Positions 26,901 to 39,700 of a stretch of 64,000 nucleotides of DNA are shown here, piece by piece. The stretch's first letter is position 1. Each line of letters opens with the position of its first letter. This DNA is from Macrostomum hystrix (Eukaryota > Animalia > Platyhelminthes): contig CATNEN010000025.1 of NCBI GenBank assembly GCA_950097015.1, positions 6,014,001-6,078,000 of the forward strand, read 5' to 3'. The translations under genes and the position numbers were made by a program. Under the pieces are notes generated by a model. The model was given only the letters and a program-made list of their open reading frames with translations, ran no database searches and was not told the origin of the DNA.

Positions 26901-28492
26901 CGTGGCTTAGCCTCCGCAGGCATGTGCAGCTTCACCTTGCCGTGCCGATAGGTGCCCAGGCCGCCTTGGAAGACCTCGGGAAACTGCGCGATCAGACCAT
27001 CCGCCTCGCCAGTCACCGAGTTGACTTGCCCGAAGATCCTCGGCCAGTCAAGTTTCAGCTTCGCCAGCCAGTCTCGGCCGAGCAACGCGACGTCGCCTTG
27101 TTCGACGACCAGCAGTGGCAGCCGCAGGTCCTGGCTGTTGTGCTGGACGGTGACCTCCGCCTGCCCGACTGGCCGAAAGCTTTCTCCAGTGTAGGTACGC
27201 AGCACCGTGGAGGTCGGCGACAAGCGCAAGTCCGGCAGGACCTCCTCTTGCAGGTTCTTGGGTATGACAGTGAGGGCAGACCTGGTGTCCACCTCGAAAC
27301 AGCATGGGCTGCCCTGAACAAGCAACTTGACTACCAGTCCCTTGCTTGATCCGCCTTGCCTAAGGCTGAAAATGGGCTCCTGCGCCTCAGCCGGCTCGGG
27401 ATCTACTTTGTGCAGCCTGGATGACTTGCACACCTTCCGGATGTGGCCGACCTTACTGCAGCCATGGCATTTGGCCTCGCGCAGCTTACACTGCTGCCGA
27501 CTATGGGCGCCGCCGCAGCTTGCACACGCACTTGCGGCCGAGCACGACTGCGCTGCCCGAGCTGGGTCAGCGAAGCTGGCAGCTGACTGGCGAGGAGCTT
27601 GCCTGCTGACGTCCTTAACTCCCTTGGCTCCAGATGGGTTCCTGTGCGGGCGCAGGTGGGCCACTGGCTCGGCCCTGTGTGTCATCTCGGATGAGGACAT
27701 CTCTGCCGTCTCCAGCGTTTCAATCTTCTTAGTCAGGGCATCAAAAGTCGGATCCTCAATTTCCAGAAGCTTCGCTCGGTGGGCGTCACTGCGTATGCCG
27801 AAGATGAGCTGGTCGCGTAGCCTCTCAGTCAGAGTAATGCCGAACTTGCAGTGCTCAGAAGCTGCTTTGAGACTGGCAACGAAGTCAGTGAAGCTCTCGC
27901 CGGGTCTCTGGATGCGCTGCTGAAAACGAAATCTGGCCAAGAGCATTGATGTTTTTGGAGCGTAGTGATCCTTCAGCAGCTGTGTCAACGTTTCGTAGGG
28001 CTTGGAGGACACTGCGTCTGGCAGGCACAGGTTGCGGAGCAGCTTGTATGCCTCTTCTCCAATGACTGTGATCAGGGTTGCAACCTTCGCTTCGTCTTTA
28101 ACTTCCTTGTAGACCAGGTACTGATCTAGCCTCTCGATGTAAACCTCAAACATCAGAGTTTGCAGAGAGTGTAGGAATAGTCGCAGCCATCTTCGTCGCC
28201 ACTGTGAAGTCGTGGGTCAATTGAAGAACAGAAGCAAACGCATTGAGCAGGTTGCAGGACAGTCACAAGCGCAAACTCTAGCCGTGCACCTTCGATCAAT
28301 ATATATTGTGCCAGACAGGAATGATTCAGCAATCACACGAGATAACAATAGGGTCAATAGGGTGGAGGATGGGTGGTTGTATAAGACACATCAAAGTAAA
28401 TAACAGCGGCGGGGGTGGCACGCGCGCACTTAAATAAACTGAACTATTACAACAACGACAGTGACTGCACAAACAATTGCCATAGCCCGACA
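23911..28492 (-). mobile_element. Full-length Ty3/Gypsy LTR retrotransposon, Mag-like clade
   Basis: Two 290-bp TG...CA LTRs (23911-24200 and 28203-28492, 2 mismatches). PBS TGGCGACGAAG follows the 5' LTR. Polypurine tract AGGGGGGGAGA (24201-24211) precedes the 3' LTR. Order is gag-PR-RT-RH-IN. Confidence 0.96.
24260..28153 (-). pseudogene. Gag-Pol polyprotein of the LTR element, frameshifted
   Basis: Two zinc knuckles (CX2CX3HX4C, CX2CX4HX4C; typical of Mag). Protease motif altered to DTRS. RT motifs RICGDY and FVDDIL. RNase H motifs CDASPYG and TDHKPL. Integrase H-H/C-C and SDNG, split over three frames with shifts near 25222 and 25072. Confidence 0.9.
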
Positions 28493-30220
28493 CCTAAATT
28501 CAGGGCCATATATAGTATTTCTGATGCCCCCTTTGAGAGTTATCTTATTCTTAAAGGATATGTATGACAAAGAGTCTTTCTATGGTAATGGAATGCACGT
28601 GGGAACTTCCTACATTGGCTACAGCACTAGGCCTACTATTGACTATAACTATAATAGGCCACTAACAGTTTTTATGTCATAAAAGTTAAAAATATGTGAA
28701 AATAAACTAACTTGGAGATTGGTTTATTTGTTTTATATGCTAATTATTATTCAGATAGGTTCCTATATGCACTTAAGGTAGGGAAATCTTTTGGGCCTTT
28801 GAATACCAATAGACTTCTTTGCACAGTAGACAATCTTTTGTAAACAAAACTGCAAAGTATGTAAGCATACCAAATTAAGTTGACAAATTAAATAATGTGT
28901 TAAGTCCCCCAATATGGCAGTCAACAAAGATTTATAATCTTAGGTTTATATTAGGTTTATATTAATTCTAATTAGTTGATTAAGCATTAACCGCATTTAA
29001 TTTTTTGACTTAGAAAATCTATACTGAAACTAAGTTTAAGTGCATATACATATGAAGTAAAAAAAACAAATTTATAACCTAATCAAAGACAAATATATAT
29101 ATATCTAAATACACCTAAAAGCCATTCTTGAAGCATTCTCTATAAATTTGCAACTATTGAAAACTAAAATTTTGACTGATTTTCAGACTTTTTCTGACCA
29201 GAAGTATTATCTATAAGCACATTTAAACTCTGTTTTCAGTTTGGTTTTTTTCAAGTCAGAAAATGTTTATGCAGCACTGGTGCAAGTAAGTGCATAGTGC
29301 ACTTTTATAATGCATATAAGTGCATAGTGCACAGGCCCTTGATATGTCAAAGCTAGCTATGTACTATCATAGAAGTATTGTAAGTTGATACTATGTTGAT
29401 ACTCTGTACTTTGACATTCAAATTTCCAAAGCAAACTTAAGTCAAATCCATCCTTCCCTAACTTAGTTTAGTACCTTTCATTTGTATTTTTATATATGAG
29501 CTTGTCTAATTTTGGAAATCAAAGTAATGATGGTCATATTTAAATTTAATTACAATATCATTTCAAATAAGTTAACAAGTGCACAAATTTTAACTGATTA
29601 GGATAATTTGTGGATATAATGCAACCTGCAATTTTTCTAATAGAGCTATCATTTGTTACAAAGAGAGGCCAATTACATGTTCATAAGTGGGCCTTGTCTG
29701 GCAGTTGCAAGGCTATTGTCATTGTATATGCACTAAACCAGTTGTCAAAGTGACTAAGTTTTTTTTTAATGCATGAATCATCACATAATTGAACAGTTTC
29801 AAGTCTCTTCATTTCCAAGTTGGCTAGAATTGACCAACTATCAATCAGTTTCTACAAACCCAGTTGAAAAAATGGCTAAGTGACTAGGATCCATATATTC
29901 AGTTTTGACTAAATAGAGCTGTTTAGCTTTTGGTAGCCTTGCTTCCATGGAACTAATAGTTATTTGAATAGTATTTAAAGTTATCTGGGCTTAGTATCTA
30001 AAAAGAGGAATGCTTTTTGCTTATCAATTTTCCCATAGTGGTACTCATGATTAATTTTTTTCAATGTCAAAAGTAAAAAAATGCTTCTTCTTAGGGCTTA
30101 AGCAGTTGGTATGTGAATGTCAAGCAATTGCTTTACCTAGTGGTGTAACTGTGTTGTAAATCTATGCTATTCCGTGCATATCAGCTTTCTAGTATTAGTT
30201 ATAAGCAAATGGTTAGTGGT

Positions 30221-30515
30221 TAAGCCTAGTGGTTAGGCTGCTGGACTCATGGCTTCAAGGTCAGGATTCAACTCCCACTGGAACAATTTGTGTCCTTTAG
30301 CAAGACACTTAACTCTGCATTGTTTCAGTTTACTCAGCTGTTAAATGGGTACCAGCATTAGCTGGGATAATTGAAGGTGGGCATGGCGTCCCCTTAGTCC
30401 ATGGACTGAACAGCTGTATGCAGCCTTCATATGCGCCGCGCAATAGCTGCGGCTGTGCTGTCGGCTGCACATTTGGCCCAATTTGCACCTGTGTAATCAA
30501 TTATTAATTAATTTT
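30221..30515 (+). mobile_element. SINE family 1, full length
   Basis: Inverted near-copy of 111-419, with tRNA-like head, CORE-like centre and ATTA tail. Confidence 0.85.
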
Positions 30516-30773
30516 TCTTCTTTTATTATATGCAAGTGCAAAATATAGTTGTATACTGAGTATGTGCTAATTAAAAATGGTCTTTTAGAGTGATATTTTT
30601 TTAATAATGCTGCCCCTACAAGAATATTAGGATAAATACCAGTTAAATATTTATCCTAATGTTTATTTATTATTAGTTAAATAGCAACATGCATTCTTGC
30701 ATTTGAAGCAAAAATGTATAAACTTCTGTTTATTCTGATGTATCTACTTTAACATTTCAGTATAACAATAAAT

Positions 30774-33656
30774 ATGGAAGCCAATGTCCATGAGGATGTC
30801 GAGATCCCGCTTGCCTTTTTCGGCTACCTAACCAATGCCCTGCAAGATCTTTGCAAACTCAGAAATGCTCTGCGCAATCTGGCCGACGACTCAGCCCTGG
30901 CTGAAATTCACAACCTGATTCACCTGTCAGTGAATGAGTCCCTTAGCCTGAAGGGCGACGAGACTTTAGTCATGCTTTTTGAAAGACTTATAACAGTTGA
31001 GCAGTTGCTCTCACTGCAGTCTGAGAGCCTGGCAGAGCTGCAGCACTGCCTGCAGCAGCTACTGAACGGTTGGCAGAAGAGAGGCTGCTCGGACAGATTG
31101 AATCACTTCGCCGACTTTCTGCAGCGCTGCGGCCACCTTCGTGACTTCGGCGATGGCCGATTGTCTGGCCTCATCCAGCTGGCTGGTGCCGGCCGGGCCG
31201 TGGCGCTCGCCCGGAGACTCGAGGCTCCTCTGGGCGACATTTTTAACCGGCCCGAGTCGCTGATCAAAATGTACTTTAACAGACTGCAGAACCGCGACCT
31301 GCGCAATGTTGTCGACAATATTGCCCTGCTGCAGGGCGTCAACTTTCAGGCCATTCTGGGCATGGATTTGGTTAGTGATTCGCATATCAGAAACAGTCTA
31401 CTTCTTTTCCTTTTCACTAAAATGCAGTGCCTACTCACCAGTGATCCAGGATTGTGTCTACTCACCTGTACTGATCCCAGATTGTGTCTGCTCACCTGTA
31501 CTGATCCCAGATTGTGTCTGCTCACCTTTACTGATCCCAGATTGTGTCTGCTCACCTTTACTGATCCCAGATTGTGTCTGCTCACGTGTACTGATCCCAG
31601 ATTGTGTCTGCTCACCTTTACTGATCCCAGATTGTGTCTGCTCACCTGTACTGATCCCAGATTGTGTCTGCTCACGTGTACTGATCCCAGATTGTGTCTG
31701 CTAACCTGTACTGATCCCAGATTGTGTCTGCTCACCTTTACTTATCCCAGATTGTGTCTGCTCACCTGTACTGATCCCAGATTGTGTCTGCTCACCTGTA
31801 CTGATCCCAGATTGTGTCTGCTCACCTGTACTGATCCCAGATTGTGTCTGCTCACCTGTACTGATCCCAGATTGTGTCTACTCATTTGCCACTGATCCAA
31901 TTGTCTACGCATGCCAGTTTAAATCTTTCCCTTGTCCCATTCGCAGAATATCATCCAAGCTGAAATCCAGAGCTCAGTGGAACCGTCTGGCCGTTACTTG
32001 CGTCGTGCAATCACAGAGCGGCACCTACTAGAGTTGGCAGCGGTAATCCTGTTCGAGCTAATCGAACAGAGCGCTGAACATCAAGCAATCGATCAGCCCC
32101 GTCCCGCACCGTCTTCATCGTCAAATGGGTGCCGCCAGTCGCGAATAGTTACGCTAAGCAATGCTATACTGCTAGTCTGCGCCAATGGAGCTGTGGAACC
32201 GTCTCTAAACAATCTAGACCCTCCGCTGAGCAAATTTATTCGGACAGGAATCAATTCCTCCATCGAGCTGATTCACTATGCTGTTGAATTTGAAAATTGG
32301 ACAGCTAGTGAAGCTGACCCCATGCTTGAGTCCTATGTTAACTTGATTCTGCCGGTGAGTTTCAGCTCGTGAAATTATATTAGTATTTCACTGATCACTG
32401 ATCAGAGAATAGAGAAAACAAAAATCTAGTTTCTTAGTGGTTTTGTTGTTTCAGGATTCATTTTTAGAGACAGGATGACAAGTTATGTAGAGGAAAAAAA
32501 GAAAACGAAAATGTGAATTCGACGCTTTCTCAAATGTTGTACCGACTGTCCTGCTGAACACTGCAGAATCCGGTAGACTCAGTGTGAAGTCTGAAAATAG
32601 AATGGGACGTACTAGTGCTGCCACCAGGGTGGCTGGTCTTCTGCCTTCGGTGAGGTGAAGGGTCCTTGGCCCGAAAGAGATGAAGTCACGAGAGACGCAC
32701 ATCGAGAAAGAGTTTCCAGGCGCAGTAAGAGGCCGTCAGAGTCCTGCGTAGCTCGGGTGGGAGGGCCTCCAATAAGGCAAGTGCTAGGTCAGAAAGCACG
32801 TGATGGAATCACGTGATTTCTAAAAATAGCAACTGACGTCAGTGGCGCGCAATGCGTCACTCCAACGTAGGCTCTGACTCATTATTTAAAGACAAAGAAC
32901 AAGGCCAGTCACGTGAGACGAAACACTTAATAGCTGACGCCAGACAGGCACACGCGAAACGGGGGGAACAAAGAGGCGCCAAAGTGTGACCTTGAGGTGA
33001 TGACTCATCCCTGCCAGGACGAGAGAAAAATCACTCAAAGTGCACGCGCGGCCAAAGGGGGGTATTCGGGGCAGAGAAGAACAGACCAGGCAGTCGCTAA
33101 GTGCCAACGAAACAGGTACCTAGTCTCCTCTACTTTTTCTAAGAAACGTAGTTTCCCATTCCTCAACTCCTAGTGGTCCTTCGTACACACATGTGTGAGC
33201 GTGTTCCTATTATTCTTATTACTTATCCCGCAGCGGCAACAGCAGCAGCAGCAGAAATCCATTTTCCTATTCGTTCTGGACGAGCCGCTGTTCTCAGTGC
33301 TAAATAAGAAGGCAAGTCTCGCCCAATCGCTGCTGCTTCACTGCCTGTCCACCCGGAGACCGTTGCTATTCGTCTATCGCGACTGCGACACCATTTTCAA
33401 CGGCCTGCTAGACCTCGGCAACAGTCTCCAGGCTGATCTGTTCCGCAGGCCGGATGTCGACTCGTTCCGCTTCCCGTCTTGTCGTTCTGACGAATGTGAC
33501 AACGAGTCAACATCGACTGGCTGTCTGGGCGGCTGTGCTGGTCGTCGCAATGGCAGATCTGTCAGTCAGCGCGAATTGGCAGACTGGGCAACTATGCAGA
33601 ATCTCATGCTCTGTTTGGTTCGATTAGATAGGCTATCGGCTGAGGCTGCCGTCTAG
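30774..33656 (+). CDS. Uncharacterised protein, paralog A (~475 aa), exons 30774-31370, 31947-32354, 33234-33656
   Basis: GT-AG, phase-0 junctions at the same positions as in paralog B, with shared peptide blocks (FADFLQRCGHLRDFGDG, LLELAAV.LF, SIFLFVLDEPLF). Family not recognised with certainty. Confidence 0.8.
31430..31890. repeat. 30-bp minisatellite (TGTGTCTGCTCACCTGTACTGATCCCAGAT), about 15 copies, paralog A intron 1
   Basis: Visible tandem. Confidence 0.95.
32535..33114. mobile_element. Candidate solo LTR (580 bp) in paralog A intron 2
   Basis: TGTT...AACA termini. Absent from the otherwise alignable intron 2 of paralog B. GC-richer than its flanks, with a TATTTAAA motif. No matching target-site duplication. 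Confidence 0.45.
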
Positions 33657-33779
33657 TTCAGCTTAGTGACTCTTCCATTTGGTCCTAAACCTCCCAGATA
33701 CTAAGACTCAAACACTATCGTTCCTGATCCTCATGCTTATTAAATATCGTTGCAGATCCCATTTCTGAGACAATAGTTT

Positions 33780-34400
33780 TCCATATCTCCATCCCTAGAC
33801 AAAAATCTCCCATATTTTATTTTGAAAAGAAAATCTCCCATATTCCATTTTGAAAAGAAAATCTCCCATATCCCTATTTTTAAAAGAAAATCTCCCATAT
33901 CCCATTTCGAAAATAAAATCTCCCGTATCCCATTTTAAAAGAAAATCTTCCAAATCCCATTTAAAAGAAAATCTCCCATATCCCATTTTGTAAAGAAAAT
34001 CTCCCGTATCCCATTTTGAAAAGAAAATCTCATGTATCCCATTTAACAGAAAATCTCCCATATCCCCATTTTGAAAAGAAAATCTCCCGTATCCCATTTA
34101 AAAGAAAATCTCCCATATCCCCATTTTGAAAAGAAAATCTCCCGTATCCCATTTAAAAGAAAATCTCCCATATCCCATTTGAAAAGAAAATCTCACATAT
34201 CCCATTTTAAAAGAAAATCTTCCATATCCCTATTTTGAAAACGAAAATCTCCGATATCCCTATTTTGAAAACGAATATCTCCTATATCCCATTTTAAAAA
34301 GAAAATATCCCACATCCCCATTTTTTGAAAGAAAATCTCCCATATCCCCATTTTTGAAAGAAAATCTCCCATATCCCTTTTCCAAAACAATCTCCCGTTT
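33780..34400. repeat. Degenerate ~26-29-bp tandem (AAAAGAAAATCTCCCATATCCCATTTT)
   Basis: Visible tandem. Confidence 0.9.
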
Positions 34401-34762
34401 CCCAGTCACGAGCAGGAACCTTTCATCTTTCAGAGAATGCAGTTTGCTGATTTGGTGCTGATTATTGCTTTCTGCTTATTTACTGCCAGTTAATCAATTT
34501 TGTGCTATTTTTCATCAGATTTTCTAAAACTAAAGTTTTAGAGACTGTTGCCAGTTTTTCTTCGTGAGTTTATGAATGGATTCTGTTTTGCTTTGCCTCT
34601 ATAAGCAACGGTGTGTCCCGTGAGAAACTGTGTTTCGAACAATTTAATCATGTTCCGTATTAATACATGCAGTTTCCAGTATTTTAGTACAGTCTTCTAG
34701 CACTTCTTAAGATGATTTTTAAAATCAATTGATGGAACTAATTTATCTATTTGCGAACTCGA

Positions 34763-35395
34763 GCTGATGCACTGAGTGATCAGGATAGGGTGTCAGCTGA
34801 TGCACTGAGTGATCAGGATAGGGTGTCAGCTGATGCACTGAGTGATCAGGATAGGGTGTCAGCTGATGCACTGAGTGATCAGGATAGGGTGTCAGCTGAT
34901 GCACTGAGTGATCAGGATAGGGTGTCAGCTGATGCACTGAGTGATCAGGATAGGGTGTCAGCTGATGCACTGAGGGATCAGGATAGGGTGTCAGCTGATG
35001 CACTGAGGGATCAGGATCGGGTGTCAGCTGATGCACTGAGTGATCAGGATAGGGTGTCAGCTGATGCACTGAGTGATCAGGATAGGGTGTCAGCTGATGC
35101 ACTGAGTGATCAGGATAGGGTGTCAGCTGATGCACTGAGGGATCAGGATAGGGTGTCAGCTGATGCACTGAGTGATCAGGATAGGGTGTCAGCTGATGCA
35201 CTGAGGGATCAGGATAGGGTGTCAGCTGATGCACTGAGGGATCAGGATAGGGTGTCAGCTGATGCACTGAGTGATCAGGATAGGGTGTCAGCTGATGCAC
35301 TGAGTGATCAGGATAGGGTGTCAGCTGATGCACTGAAGGATCAGGATAGGGTGTCAGCTGATGCACTGAAGGATCAGGATAGGGTGTCAGCTGAG
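34763..35395. repeat. 33-bp minisatellite (CTGATGCACTGAGTGATCAGGATAGGGTGTCAG), about 19 copies
   Basis: Visible tandem; the 11-aa period in the ORF track matches. Confidence 0.96.
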
Positions 35396-36059
35396 GAAGT
35401 GAGTGTTTTGCCGTTGAAAAAGTCAAAGTAACAATGCACTTTTTTAAAGTGCAAGCTAATGGGCTGGAATGTCTACTCTTTTAATGCGCATTGCCTGTAC
35501 AAACGTGTCATTAAAAATATATATATTCAGCAATTCTGCAATTGCTTAACTAAGTTCTACAAACAGATATCGTCAGCCTCCTTTTAATTGAACATTTTAG
35601 CATTACAAAACATTCAAGTGTTAAAATTTGTTTTTTAAATTTAATGCCTTCTGTACTCCATGCAGCATTTGAAACTTTATTTTTCTACGAATTAGCTTGA
35701 GTTTTAACAAATTGTGCATTATCCTGAATTCTAATCTGTAAATATATAATTGCGTAGCGATCGAAGCAGTATTCTATGAAGCTTGTGCTAACCACTTTTT
35801 CAACCAGAGCCGAGGGTTTGATTTTCTATATCGAATTTATTGTTACCGAGTTGTTCTGTTTTATTTGTACACACTTTGCCGAAATTATTTTATTGCAATA
35901 CTGTCAGAGTGCAATAGTACAGTGCAACTGTCGGTGTACTTTTTCTCTTGATGACTCCGATCAATGCTTCCAGTCTTTTGTAAAATAATATATTTGTGAC
36001 TTAATTTTTTTTAAATTGCAGCTGCAATCTTATTTTTCTAGTAATGTTGGCCCCTTCTA

Positions 36060-36550
36060 ACTCACTCTCTCCCCCGTCTCATCTCTCCCCCGTCTCATCT
36101 CTCCCCTGTCTCATCTCTCCCCCGTCTCATCTCTCCCCCGTCTCATCTCTCCCCCGTCTCATCTCTCCCCCGTCTCATCTCTCCCCCGTCTCATCTCTCC
36201 CCCGTCTCATCTCTCCCCCGTCTCATCTCTCCCCCGTCTCATCTCTCCCCCGTCTCATCTCTCCCCCGTCTCATCTCTCCCCCGTCTCATCTCCCCCCGT
36301 CTCATCTCTCCCCCGTTTCATCTCTCCCCCGTCTCATCTCTCCCCTGTCTCATCTCTTCCCTGTCTCATAATTTCCCTGTTTCATCTCTCCTCCGTCTCA
36401 TCTCTCCCCTGTCTCATCTCTCCCACGTCTGATCTCTCCCCTGTCTCATTTCTCTCCCATCTTACTTCTCCTTTGTCCCATCTCTTCCCCGTCTCAACTC
36501 TTCCCCGTCTCATCTCCCTCCCTTCTCATCTTTTCCCTGTCTCAAATGTA
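36060..36550. repeat. 16-bp pyrimidine minisatellite (ATCTCTCCCCCGTCTC)
   Basis: Visible tandem upstream of paralog B. Confidence 0.93.
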
Positions 36551-36707
36551 TTATATTTCTCACAAGTGCCTGTTAACGTGTCAATGCGGCCCACTTTGTT
36601 AGCAATCCAGTCAAAGTAAGCCAATATTTTTGGATTTTGTGCACTTTTTTCACACAACAAAATCAACCCAACCCAAATTAAATATTTCAGCTATTGGTAA
36701 AGTTTTA

Positions 36708-39700
36708 ATGGCTGAGGCTGTCATGGTGCAGAGAAATGTAAGGCTACCTGTAGCCTTTTTTTGTTACCTGCCCGAATCCAATAAAATTGTTTTTGACATA
36801 AGAGATGAACTACGCATGCTTGTGGCTAATAACAGCTCAGACGCCATTTTAGACACTGTTACTCTATCAGCGAATCAGGCGATAGGCTTGAATGGCGACG
36901 GTATTCTGTTCGTCCTGTTGGAACAGCTGGTGACAGTTGAGCAGCTGCTCTCACTGCAGTCTGGGAACCTGGCTGCGCTTCAGCACTGTCTGCGGCAGCT
37001 GCTGGACTGCTGGGATCCGAAACTGGCTCGCTTCGCCGACTTTCTGCAGCGCTGCGGCCACCTTCGTGACTTCGGCGATGGCCAATTGTCTGGCCTCATC
37101 CAGCTGGCTGGTGCCGGCCGGGCCGTGGCGCTCGCCCGGAGACTCGAGGCTCCTCTGGGCGACATTTTTAATCGGCCGGAGTCGCTGATCAAAATGTACT
37201 TTAAAAGACTGCAGATCCGCGAACTGCGCAATGTTGTCGACAATATTGCCCTGCTGCAGGGCGTCAACTTTCAGGCCATTCTGGGCATGGATGTGGTTAG
37301 TGCTCTGAACGCATTCTCCAAACTCGAACATCTTGTTCTATCCCCAAAATATATCCCCAAACAGCAGCTGAACACCCCATCCCCAAGCAACTGAACACCC
37401 CATCCCCAAGCAGCTGAACACCCCATCCCCAAGCAGCTGAACACCCCATCCCCAAGCAGCTGAACACCCATCCCCAAACAGCTGAACACCCCATCCCCAA
37501 GCAGCTGAACACCCATCCCCAAACAGTAGCTGAACACCCCATCCCCAAGCAGCTGAACACCCATCCCCAAACAGTAGCTGAACACCCCATCCCCAAGCAG
37601 CTGAACGCCCATCCCCAAGCAGCTGAACACCCCATCCCCAAGCAGCTGAACACCCCATCCCCAAGCAGCTGAACACCCATCCCCAAACAGTAGCTGAACA
37701 CCCCATCCCCAAGCAGCTGAACACCCCATCCCCAAGCAGCTGAACACCCATCCCCAAACAGTAGCTGAACACCCCATCCCCAAGCAGCTGAACACCCATC
37801 CCCAAACAGTAGCTGAACACCCCATCCCCAAGCAGCTGAACACCCATCCCCAAACAGTAGCTGAACACCCCATCCCCAAGCAGCTGAACACCCATCCCCA
37901 AACAGTAGCTGAACACCCCATCCCCAAGCAGCTGAACACCCCATCCCCAAGCAGCTGAACACCCCATCCCCAAACAGTAGCTGAACACCCCATCCCCAAA
38001 CAGTAGCTGAACACCCCATATTCAAGCAGCTGTTCAGCAGCCTATCATCTCGTGTCGTATTTCAGGATGACCTGCTAACGAGAATGCTCAAGTCTGGCGA
38101 GAGTGCTCGCAGTCATCTCAAGGGCTGGATTAGGAACAGCCTGCTAGAACTGGCGGCTGTTGTCCTATTCCAACTGTTAGAAGACCTTGATGCCCACGAT
38201 CAGCCAAATAATGCCGTTTTAACACCGGCGGAATTAGAATCAGCTAGGGTTGTTGAACGTCGTTCACTTATTCGCAGCCTAATTGAAAGCCGACGAAGCC
38301 GATTGGCTGCGCTGCCGGCCGGCGTCCTGACCTTGAGTAACTCGCTTCTGCTATTGGTTAGCTCCAACGGCAATTGCATCGATCCGAAAATCGATAAATT
38401 GATTCGCTGCGAGAATAGCGCCGGTGTACAGTGGATCCCGTACTCTATCGAATTTGAGAACTGGACTGCAAAAGAAAACAATCAACTGGCTAAAGCAAGT
38501 GACGACTATATCAATTTGGTTCTGCCAGTGAGTTCCAAGGATCAATAATAAACTATAATAATCACCAAGGTCCCTTGGGCGGGGGGTCGGTGGCAGGGCG
38601 GTTAACGCGTTTGCCTCTCGCACCAAGGTCCCTAAGTTCGATTCCACGGCGAGGCCACATTTAATTGGGGCGCAGCCGCGGGGCGGGGCGAATGCTTGGA
38701 GGCTTGTCGTGAAATTGACGCCATCGAGGGCCAACCTCCAACGCACAGAGAAAAGTCCGGGCAGATGTACCAATGACCATTAGGGGTTGAAAGGACATGA
38801 TCACTCATCAGAGAATAGAGGAAACTAAAATCTAGTTTCCGTGTGGTTTGGTTGTTTCAGGAGCCTAAAGCATTTTAGGGATGGAGAGGGTATGTTGAGA
38901 AAATAAGAAAACCAAAGTAAGAAATTGATGCTTTCACAAATAAAGCTTCACAAATTAATATAAGGCTATAAGACAGGATAATAATATTAAAGTACGAACC
39001 TTTCATCCGCCTTCAATCAAACACTAAATTTGTGCAGAGAAACCAGCCTCCTAATTTATAATTAATAATTGATTACACCTGCCCCAATGGGACCAGATGT
39101 GCAGCCGACAGCACAGCCGCAGCTAAAGGACAAAATTTGTTCCAACGGAGTCGGGAATCGAACCCCCGACCTTTTAGTCGTGAGTCCGACGCTCTAACCA
39201 CAAGGCTACAACCTCTATAGGGCTACAGCATCCAAAACTTTTTCTAAGAAACGTAGTTTCCCATTCCTCAACTCCTACTGGTCCTTGGTATACACCTGTG
39301 TGGGTGTGTTCTTATTATTCCTATTATTTATCCCGCAGCAGCAGCAGCAGCAGAGATCCATTTTTCTATTCGTTTTGGACGAGCCGCTGTTCTCAGTGCT
39401 AAAAAAGCCGGCAAGTCACGCCCGATCGCTGCTGCTTCACTGCCTGTCCACCGGGAGACCGTTGCTATTCGTCTATCGCGACTGCGACACCATTTTCAAC
39501 GGCCTGCTAGACCTCGGCAACAGTCTCCAGGCTGATCTGTTCCGCAGGCCGGATGTCGACTCGTTCCGGTTCCCGGCCCGCTGCCCGCCACTGCGGCCAA
39601 CCACTCTGATTGGCTGGCTGAGCTTCATTGTTAGATACGGATTCAATTGGAACGGCGGCAATAGCAAGGCCGATTTGGTTACTATGCAGAATCTGCTGCG

